From: Mobula hypostoma | Lineage: Eukaryota | Reading direction: 5' to 3' | Assembly: GCF_963921235.1 (NCBI RefSeq) | Contig: NC_086097.1 | Span: 55,430,001 to 55,494,000, forward strand | DNA length: 64,000 bases | Shown here: positions 38,515 through 48,462 of the stretch, piece by piece | How the letters are laid out: each line of letters opens with the position of its first letter | How positions within the stretch are numbered: position 1 is the stretch's first letter | The notes under the pieces: model-generated | Seen by the model: the letters and a program-made list of their open reading frames with translations, nothing else | What the model was told of the DNA's origin: nothing | Database searches by the model: none | Position numbers and translations under genes: made by a program

Positions 38515-40800
38515 TAGAATAGAATAGAATTTATTTAAATCTCATATGCATCCCACAACATGAGGGAGTAAAGACCTTTGCATTATGACTCTGTTGCATT
38601 GTACAGACGTGTGAATTTAAAAGTCTAATGGTTTGTAGAAAGAAGCTGTCCCATAGCCTGTCGGTCGAGGCTTTAATGCTACGGTAGAGCTTTCCAGACA
38701 GAAGCAGCTGAAACAGTTTATGGTTGGGGTGACTGGTGTTCCCAATGATCTTCCAGGCCTTTCTGCACCTGTTGCTATAAATGGCCTTAATGGAGAGGAG
38801 TTCACATCTACAGGTGCACTGGACTGCCATACCACTCTCTGCAGTGCTCAGCAATCAAAGTCGGTGTAGTTCTCATACCAAGCAGTGATACAGCCAGTCA
38901 GTATGCTCTCAGTGGTGACCCTATAGAAGTTCTTGGGGGATCGGGAGCCCATGCCAAAATTCTTCAGTTGCCTGAGGTGGAAGAGATGCTGTTGTGCTTT
39001 TTTTGCCACAAAACCAATGTACACAGTTCAGGTGAGATCATTGGTGATGTGTATGCTAACTACTCATCCTCTCAACTGCAGACCCATTGATGTTGATCAG
39101 GCCGAGCCTGTCTTTGTACCTTCTGTAATCCACAATCAGCTCTTTTGTTTTTTGGACATTGAGGGAGAGGTTGTTATTCTGGAACCACTGTGTCAGGGTG
39201 TCAACCTCTCCTCTGTAGGCTGCCTTATTACCACTAGAAATAGGGCCAATCAAAGTCGTGTTATCTGCAAATTTGATCAGCAGATTGGAGCTGTGTGTGA
39301 CAGTACAGTCGTGGGTGTAAAGAGAGTAGAGAAAGGGACTGAGAACACAACCCTGGGGGGCACCTATGTTGAGGTCAGAGGGACAGAGGTGAGGGAGCCC
39401 ATCCTTACCACCTGTCAGCAATCCGATAGGAAGTCTAGGATCCAGCTGCACAAGGTGGGATGCAGGCTGAGATCTCTGAGCTTCCTGTCAAGTCTGGAGG
39501 GAATTGTGGTGTTGAATGTTGAACTGTAGTCTTAAGAATAGCATTCTAAAGTATGCATCCCTCCTCTCTAGGTGATTGAGGGCAGTGTGTAGTGCTATGG
39601 CTATGGCGTCATCGCTGGACTGGTTCTGTCAGTACCCAGGTTGTAGAGGGTCCAGTGTGGGTGGTAGCATACTGCAGATGTAGTCTTTAAACCAGCCCCT
39701 CAAAGCATTTGCTTATAATTGAGGTGAGACCGCCAATTGTTCAGGCATGCTACCTTGGTTTTCTTATTACAGGGACAATGATGGATGATTTGAAACAGGA
39801 GAGAACTACACACTGGGAGAGGGAGAGATTAAAAATGTCTGTAAACACACCAGCCAGCTGTTCAGCAGACACTTTAAGGACGTGCCCTGGGATGCCGTCC
39901 GGCCCCGCTGCCTTGCGGCTGTTGACACGTTGGAATGTCAGCCTTGGAGATAACAAGGTGCAGCTCTGGTTGGCGGCTATCCTTGGGGGTTCAGTCCTAT
40001 TAACCTTGAATCGAGCATAAAAAAACATTTAGCTTGACCGGGAGCGAGGCAGCAATGCTGGGTGTACCGCTGCATTTCATCTTGAAATCCGCAATGGTGT
40101 GCAGTCCCTGCCATACACTGCATGTGTCATTGTTGCAGGGTTGTGACTGGATTTTGTCCCTGTGTTGCCGTTTTGTCAGCTTGATGGCTCTATGTAAATC
40201 ATTCTGGCATCTCTTGAGCTCTTGTTGGTCTCCGGCTTTATCCCTTGCACTGAAAGCAAGACGCATTGAACTTCTGGTTTGGGTAGACCCGGATCGATTT
40301 TTGGGGAGCAATGTCTTCAATGCACTTCTGAATTAAGCTTGTGACCACCTCCGTGTATTCGGAGATGCTTTCAGCTTGAAGTACCTCGCAGGTGACGCTA
40401 TCGAAGCAGTCTTGTAACATTGAGTCTGATTGGTTGGACCAGCAGTAGATAGTTTTCATTATGGCCCGTTCCTGCAACAATTTCTGCCTGTAGGTGGGCA
40501 GGAGCAAGATAGAGGAATGGTCAGCAGAGTGTGGAGAAGAGCTTTTTAGGCATTGCGGAAGGGAGAGTAGCAGTGGTTGAGTGTGCTTCCTCCCTGTGTG
40601 CTCACCTCGATGTGTTGGCAGAACTTTGGGTAAGCTCTGGTTAATGACGCTTGGTTAAAGTCTCCGGCAATGATGAAAGCAGCCTCTGGGTGTGTGATTT
40701 CATGGATATTGATGGCTTCACAAAGTTCATTTGGTATTGGCCTGTGGTGAGATGTACACAGTTGTAATAATAACAGATGTGAATTCTCTAGGCAACCAGT
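38515..40800 (-). mobile_element. Rex1/Babar-like LINE (end of endonuclease plus RT), tail (ATTCT)n
   Basis: [43 protein letters not shown]. Confidence 0.9.
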
Positions 40801-40970
40801 GTGTATAAAAGGCTACATTGCACATTTATTATACTAAATTTATTCACACATTTGTGTCAAGGCTGACGTTTGAAGTAGGTAGTACTTCACCAACATGGTG
40901 AAGTTCTTCAACCATTCTATATGTAAGGGGTGCCGGGATTTTGATTTAATCATAAGCATATAACAATAGG

Positions 40971-42170
40971 CTCTCAATGGCCACTTTATTGGAGACACCT
41001 GTACACCTGCTCGTTAATGCAAGTATCTAATCAGCCAATCATCTGGCGGCAACTCAATGCATATGTAGCGACTATGCCCTACTTGACTTCTGTTCGTCTA
41101 GGGTAAACTGGCGTTGACCCTGCCAACTCTGTAATTGTGTTGGTGTGGATACTGTGTGATTGCACCCTGGTACAAGCCCAAGACATAAAGTATCAGATGA
41201 CAATAGGCAAGTAAATGATTACACTTTATAATTATTTCTCGGTGATGGGTTGGTAGAAACAAATAAAATAAAGGTGCCAAATCAATAAATTTTATCAGTT
41301 CTGTGCACAAATAATCCGTTGGAGCTCACAAAATTCTGTATCTGTTCCTCCCCTCGATCTCCTCCGAACTCTGTCGACCTAACAGAGCGCTGGACTCACG
41401 TCCAATGTCTTCTCTTCTCCTCCATCAAAAACCCGCGCTTCTCCTCTGGTTCCCACACATACAAATAGAATAACATGACTTCCATTGGCTAGCAAATGAA
41501 TACAAGTCCCGTTATTACTAATTATAACCAAAACATGCTGCTACAGAGAACCTCTTACTCAGCAGTTAACAGTACAGAGAAGCCATTTTGTCAGCCTTAA
41601 CAATTAACATTATAATGAGTATTACTGAGAACCCTACGCATGAAAACATGCAGACATGATTAAGAGTCTCAGCTGTTGTTTAAATCAAATAGCAGAATGG
41701 GGAAGAAATGTGATCTAACTAATGTTGACTATGGTATGATTGTTGGTGCCAGGCGGGGTGGTTCAAGTATCTCAGAAACCGCTGATCCCCTGAGATTTTC
41801 ACGCACAGTAGTCTCTAGAGCTTAAAGAGAATGGTGTGAAAAACAAAAAAAAACTTCCTGTGAGTGGCAGTTCTGAGGGTGAAAATGCCTTGTTAATAAG
41901 AGAGGTGTTTTCACCCATAGAACTGCCACTTGCTGGATGTTTTTTGTTAACAAGAGAGGTACAGGAGAATGGCCAGACTGTTTTAAGCTGACAGGAAGGT
42001 GACTGTAACTCAAATAACCACACGTTACAACAGTGGTGTGCAGAAGAGCATCTCTGAATGCACATGTCAAACCTTAAAGTGGATGAGCTGCAACAGCAGA
42101 AGACCATGGATGTGCCCTCAGTGGCCACTTAATCAGGTAAAGGAGGTGCTGAATAAAGTGTCCACTTTTG
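40971..42170 (+). mobile_element. Non-autonomous Tc1-like element (transposase N-terminus only) interrupted by a solo LTR
   Basis: Ends TGGCCACTTTATT / AATAAAGTGTCCA; MGKKCDL...GMIVGARRGGSSISETAD remnant at ~41697-41830. Confidence 0.8.
41064..41638. mobile_element. Solo LTR related to 21479-22173
   Basis: TGTAG...CTACG termini; imperfect TSD CATA/CATG; shares GTTGGAGCTCA and AGAAGCCATTTT blocks; host Tc1 sequence resumes across it. Confidence 0.7.
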
Positions 42171-42171
42171 G

Positions 42172-42992
42172 TATATCCCAAGTTGGTATGATACATAACT
42201 TATCTCATGCCCCATGCTGCACAGAACATCGTATATCGTTTGTGAAAGAAGGCTCCAAGTCAAGGATGTACAGCGCAGGCCCACGATCAAGCATACTTTC
42301 TTCAGCCAATGATTGGTGTGTCAAGGCCGACCTGATGGGAAAGGCAGTTTCCCGGAGCTAATAGCTTTCACCACATTGCGTCCAGATATAATCGTATGGT
42401 CTGACACCAGTAGAGAAGTGGTTATTGGTGAACTCACAGCCCCCTGGGAAGACAACATCGATGAAGCCCATGAGCGCAAGTTAAACAAGTATGCAGAATT
42501 AAGGTCAGAGTGCAGAGACAGAGGGTGGAAGGTCTCATGCTATCCATTTGAAGTAGGCTGCCGTGGGTTTATTGTGTTCACTTTCCAGAAGTGGCTGTGT
42601 GACCTTGGCTTCACTAGAAGAGAGATCAAGTCAAGCAGCAGGGCTGTAGCTGAGGCAGCAGAGACAGGATCAGCATGGGTGTGGACTAAGTATGTCCAGA
42701 GGGGCAGATAGTCGGACAGTGTATACATATTTTGCAAACCCTTCAGTAGTTGCATAGGCACCTGAAGAGTAGACTATCTGTTGGATAGGAGCGACCAACA
42801 ACTCTGATAGAGGCAGATGCTGAGTTTTTAAGCTCACCAGTGGGAGGTGGTGCTTTAGCACCGCTGGCCCACCACCTCGAGGGAGTCTTGATCAGGAGTG
42901 GGCTGAAACTCCTGAAGACAGGTGGCAGATCAACTGATGATCCCACTGGTGATAGCACAGGACAGTTAACATCTTAGTCCATGTGTATTTTC
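42172..42992 (+). mobile_element. HERO-like non-LTR retrotransposon 3' fragment, subfamily B (endonuclease domain open to stop at 42711)
   Basis: TTLRPDIIVWS...GELTAPWEDNIDEAHERKLNKYAEL...PFEVGCRGF (PD-(D/E)xK-type restriction-like endonuclease), followed by a structured 3' UTR. Confidence 0.9.
42834..42952 (+). ncRNA. Candidate permuted, pseudoknotted hammerhead-like RNA with K-turn in a HERO-like 3' UTR
   Basis: GTC 42885-42887, GAAAC 42905-42909, CTGATGA 42934-42940. All flanking helices pair and covary with the copies at 27145-27262 and 13058-13170. Confidence 0.6.
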
Positions 42993-45102
42993 AATTCTTG
43001 GAGGAGAACATGGAGTTGGTGGTCCCACGTGCCTACAGTTCTTGTTTTTCTAGGCGAAGTGGGTTGTGAATTTGAGAGATGATGATGAAGAAGCCTTGAT
43101 GAGTTGCTGCAATGCTTTTGATATGTACTGCAGTCATAGTACATCTATGGTAAATGAAGAGATTGTTTACATGGAGAATAGGGTGGCTCAGTCCTGGATG
43201 TTGTAAAGCATCTTTGAATATAGTTAGAACGGCACTATCCCACCGTTGTCTGTAAGGAGTTTGTTCATTCTCCCCATGACTGCATGGGTTTCCTCCTGAA
43301 ACCCATTCCAAAGATGCATAGGTTAGTAGGTTAATTGGTTACCTGGGTGTAATTGGGTGGCACAGGCTTGCTGAGTTGGAAAGGCCTTAACCATGCTATA
43401 TCTCTACATTAAAAGATAAAGTAACAAGTATTTTATCGTACTCCTCCTTTGTACCTTAAAGATGGACTTGGAAGGCAGGAATGAGTGACACCCATCCCAA
43501 TTCCCACCCATAGGATGCCAAGTTCTTACATGCTTTTAAATTATCAAGCTTGATCAGGTTAATTTTTCAATAACCATACTTCCAGAATCATAATGTGATA
43601 AAGCCATTACCTCTCCTCTTGGAGATTGTCATTGTCCAGTAGGAGTGTGTTGTGACTGTTACTTTCCACTTATCAGCCCAAACCTGAATCTTATACAGGT
43701 CTTGTTTGCACTATCAGTGTTGCTCATTTTCTGATGAATTGTGAATAAAAACCAAACTCTATGCAATCATTACAGGCATTTCAATCTTGACTGACCTTAT
43801 GATGGAAGGTGGATTATAATTGAAGCAGTAGGAGATGAACCCTGCAGTAATATCTTGGGGCTGAGATGATTGGCCTCCACCAATTACATTTATCTATCTT
43901 TGGGATAGCTGTGAATTTAGGCAGCAGAAAGTTTTCCTCCTGGTAACCATTAATTACAGTTTTACAAGAATTCATTATTGCACAGTAGGTCAAATAAAGC
44001 AGTAATATCAAGGACAGTTACTCTTGCCTCCACTTGAAAATTTATCTCTTTGGTTCATGTGTGGGTAATGGCTTTATTGTTTGAATGCCTGATAGTCCTG
44101 GTGGAACCCAGACAGTGCATTTTGAATGTTATTAGTGACTATCTGGCACTTAATAACATAGCTGACAATCTATTCAATCATTTTGATAATTAAAAGCATA
44201 TTGATGGGTGTGAAATAAAATTTTTAAATACTGGAACTATGGATCAGGTTGGGCAGCACCTGTAGGTGCAAACCAGAGTGAACTTCTTAGTCAGTCAGTG
44301 ATTAAGGAAAATACGAAAACAAGTATGTTTTAAATTGCACAGAAAGTGGAACACGGAAAGAACAAGGGCAATGTCAATACTGGGAGGGACCAGAGTTTTC
44401 CAGTAAATCACCATGCCTGGACTTTTTGTCACAAATATTCCTGTTGTTCTCTCAACCTTTCACTTTTCTGCAACAAGAATTCTGTGGTGAAGCAGGGGCT
44501 AAATTACCAATCTAGTAATCCTGAGACTTGTGTGAACATTTTGAGGCCTGGACGATACTTGAAGGATATTTGAATGAGTATGTGGATAGGAAAGGTTTAG
44601 AGGGATATGGGCTACTCTCCGGTAAATGGGACTAGCTCAGTTAGGCAACTTGGTCAGCACAGGTAAGTTGGGCTAAAAGGCCTGTGACTCTATGTAACAC
44701 TACAAAGACTTAAAAGTTTAAATCTCAGTTTGGCAATTCGGGTAGTAATTTAGAATTTGGAAAAAAATGACAACTAATTTTGCTATGATGATCACAGAAA
44801 TTAGGATTATTGTAAAATTCATCTGGTTCATCGAAGTTTCTTGGAGTGAAGGGGGGAGCAATCTACCATCCTTATGTACTGTGGCCTATATTTGCCTTCA
44901 GGCCCACTGCATGTACACTCTGAAATGATCCACCCGACCATTAATATTAATACCCCATTAATACTACTTTCAAACAGAAAATTTGAAGGGTAGCAGCAGT
45001 TTAAGAAAGAAGTTCATTCATCACCATTTATTTCTTGGTGGTATGTAATGATGGGTAGTAAAATACTGACTTGCCCAATCAAGGTAAAAGATAAAATCTT
45101 GA

Positions 45103-45939
45103 TTTCAGTCAAGATGGCGCCAGTGAATGTGACCAACAGCGGTGTCCTGCTGACAGTTCATGAAACTATTTCTTTTAATTCTTTCAAATATGATTCTTCT
45201 ACAAAGCTGCATCCGAGTGGAACCTGTGATTTACATTTTGATAGTGTATTTTGGGGTTGATTGAACAATCTAGCGCTTTGCTGTCTTGGAGGGAGTTCAG
45301 TGAGGTTTGGTTCAGAGTAAGTGGCCTGGAGACAGGGTGCGAGCCCATGATTGACTCCATTGCTTCTCTCCAATTGAGGTATTGAGCAAGGTTGAAGTCG
45401 ATACAGACGAGAGCGGAGGACGGGTGGTTGTCTGGTGCCGTCTGCCTGTGATTCACTGGTCTTCCTCTCCCTTGCTGCTGTTGGAGCAAAGTGCAGAGTC
45501 TTGAGATCCACATTACCAAGAGTGATCGACGAGGCTGTGGACTCATTTTGGGGGAACCTTGAGGTTCATGCTGCATGTGTTCCTGGAATCAGGTTACCTT
45601 TTTTCTTTGTTGTTTTTGAGCGGTTTGAATGGGGCAATCAGTGCAGACTGGGGTGCATTGATGAAGAATGGCACTGCATTGGCTAGCGGGATGGTGCTGA
45701 ACTGAAGTATATACTGAACCCCAGTGGACTCCTGGTTTGATGGTTGATATTCTATGTGTTGTTTGCTCACTTTTTGCCGTTTGCACAATTTGTTATTTTT
45801 TTCACGCTATGGGTGTTTGATTTTTTTGAACGGGTTCCATGGTGTTTCTTTGTTTCGTAGCTGCTTGTAGGAGGATGAGACTCAGAATTGTATTTCTTCC
45901 CCGTATATACTTCGATAATAAATGTACTTTGGATCTTTG
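45103..45939 (+). repeat. Apparently full-length ~840-bp non-coding retroposon
   Basis: Starts TTTCAGTCAAGATGGCG, ends AATAAATGTACTTTGGATCTTTG; flanked by AATCTTGA (45095-45102 / 45940-45947). Confidence 0.65.
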
Positions 45940-46459
45940 AATCTTGAAAAATGAAGAAAACTTTGAAAATCATATTGGTTTTCTAATTTTTCTAGTTCTG
46001 GTCATTAAGCTGAAACATTAACTATTTTTCTTTCTGCCGAAGTTGTTGAGTATCAATAGCATGTTGTCTTTATATTTAAATTTTCCAATAACTGTGTTTT
46101 CCTGCTTTTCAATTACTGATGATTTTTAATTGGCCAGAATAATTTTTGCTTGCTTTTTTGAATAAGATATCCCTCAGGAGGATGAGCAAAAATATTGCTA
46201 AATTGTGGGGTAATTAAATCTAAGATTTGGTTTCAGTCACAAACACTGTTCCCTTAATTGCTGATGTTTTGACCTTTACATCTTTTTACTATTTGTATAA
46301 ACAGCTCTTTTTGGTCTTCCTGTCTCTAAATTGATAGAGGTAGCACACTATGAGTATATTTTAATTAAAACATTGAGTAGTATATTTAATGTATTTCATG
46401 TAGGAATATGACAAAGTTGCAAGCATCATTGGCTGCTCCCAAAGTTACTTTGACTCATC

Positions 46460-47065
46460 ACACTTCCCCCATTGGTTCCACGTACCCATCATCTCTTCCT
46501 TATCTGGTTCCACCGATCACCTACCAGCCTCTGTCTCAACACTCCCTCTCCCCCACCTGGCTTCATCTACCCAACACCTCCCTCCCCCACTACCTTACAC
46601 TTGGTTCCACCTATTGCTTACCAAACTCATTTTCATCCCTCCTGCTGACTCTGGTGTACTGACTGTTTCTGGTCGCGCTCAGTTTGATGCAGGGTTCTGT
46701 CCCAAAACATTGACCAAAATTTTGCCTCCACAGATGCTGCAAAATATTTTTTTTATCTGCAGTCATTTGTGTATCCTTTACTAGCTTCAGTTTTCCCCTC
46801 TGATCACTTTGGTTTTCTCATTAAAAATCAAAAGAAAACACCTGAAAGTTCAAAATAAAAGCAAAAGGTCAAATGTTGCAAGTGCCCAACTAGTTAGACA
46901 GTCTTGGATGTAACAAAGTTAACATCTTGTGTCTTGAAGAAGGGTCTCAGCCCTCAACGTCGTCTTGTTTATTCATTTCCATAGATGCTGCCTGGCCTGC
47001 TGAGTTCCTTCAGCATTTTGTGTGTTTTGCTTTGGATTTCCAACACCTGCAGACTTTCCCGTGTT
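46460..47065 (+). repeat. Two Penelope-derived 3'-end repeats with degenerate hammerheads
   Basis: TGATGCAGGG...CAAAACATTGAC (~46685-46713) and TGAAGAAGGGTCTC...AACGTC plus GATGCTGCCTGGCCTGCTG (~46935-47002). Confidence 0.7.
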
Positions 47066-47895
47066 TATATCTTAGGTTGATGACCTTTTGTTGCTATTCT
47101 CTCCTGTAAGATTAACTCTGCTTCTCTGTACAAAGATGACACCTGGTCATTTGAGTATTTCATTAATGTTCTATTCTTTGTTTTTTTAAAAATTCTTTTC
47201 ATGGAGGAATTGATTCCAGCCTTCAATATCTCATTCATTTGCCATTTTGCTTGTCTCCTGCAGATGGTCCATTGTGGTGAACTCATTTGACGTCAGTGGA
47301 ATCAAAGTCACTGTAATCTGTCCCACATAAAAGCACAATCTACTACTTATGGGGACAGGATTAAGTAAATTATCCCCTTGAGCCTATTCAATCATTCACT
47401 AAAGTTATAGTTGATTTGTGGCCAAACTCTATTTCTCTCATTATTTCCAAGGCCTAAGTGAAAATCCTGGTGTAAACCTAGTTAGAGCAGACATCTTACT
47501 CTGTCATCAGAGCTTGACAGCTTCACCTAAGTTTTGTCATGTTTTGACATTCATAAATGCTTTCTACTGAGTGTCATTTCATAGTGATAAGCAGTAACAT
47601 ATTCTCTAATTTTTGATTTTGCTGAAGTACTGAAACCAATAATAACTTGGTGTCACTTTGAAGCTTTGAACATAGACTTGCTCAGTATCACTTGGTCATT
47701 CTTGAATCTTACTGGGCTGGTGTTGAGTTCCACACTTGAAATCTACAAGATTGAAATTGACCTTAGAAAGTCATAAAACAAGACCATGTATTTATCTTTC
47801 TCTGTTGATCATCGGGTATACTGTATATAAGATATTAATGTGAAATAATAATGAATGAATTTCTGATGTATACTGCATTTTAATAATTTTCCTAG

Positions 47896-48462
47896 GTGGA
47901 GACTGAAACCAATGTTCTTCAAGATGGCTCGCTTGTTGATCTTTGTGGAGCAACACTTCTGTGGAGAACAGCTGATGGCCTGTTCCATACTCCTACCCAA
48001 AAACACATTGAGGCTCTTCGACAGGAGATAAATGCCGCTAGACCTCAGTGCCCAGTTGGTCTTAATACCTTAGCATTTCCCAGCATTAATCGTAAGGACA
48101 TTGTGGAAGAGAAACAGCCTTGGGCTTATCTCAGCTGTGGACATGTCCATGGTTACCACAACTGGGGACATCGCAGTGATACAGAAGCCAATGAGCGGGA
48201 ATGTCCCATGTGCAGAACTGTGGGTCCATACGTACCCCTTTGGCTAGGTTGTGAAGCAGGATTTTATGTGGATGCTGGTCCTCCGACACATACATTTAGC
48301 CCATGTGGACATGTGTGCTCTGAAAAAACAGCAAAATATTGGTCACAAATTCCATTGCCACACGGTACTCATGCATTCCATGCAGCGTGTCCTTTCTGTG
48401 CTATTCAACTGAATGGAGAACAAGGCATCATTAAACTCATTTTCCAGGGACCAATTGACTGA
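47896..48462 (+). CDS. PELI2: Pellino-2 last coding exon (end of FHA region plus RING-like domain, stop TGA)
   Basis: ttcctag|GTGGAG; VETETNVLQDGSLVDLCGATLLWR...CGHVHG...CPMC...CGHVC...CPFC...KLIFQGPID*. Confidence 0.98.
   Translation: METETNVLQDGSLVDLCGATLLWRTADGLFHTPTQKHIEALRQEINAARPQCPVGLNTLAFPSINRKDIVEEKQPWAYLSCGHVHGYHNWGHRSDTEANERECPMCRTVGPYVPLWLGCEAGFYVDAGPPTHTFSPCGHVCSEKTAKYWSQIPLPHGTHAFHAACPFCAIQLNGEQGIIKLIFQGPID

Noticed and set aside
38933..39529. 198-aa plus-strand ORF
   Set aside because: Antisense shadow of the Rex1-like RT.
47896..47898. ORF-track start for a stand-alone 188-aa protein
   Set aside because: It is GTG (Val) immediately after a splice acceptor, i.e. the last PELI2 exon.
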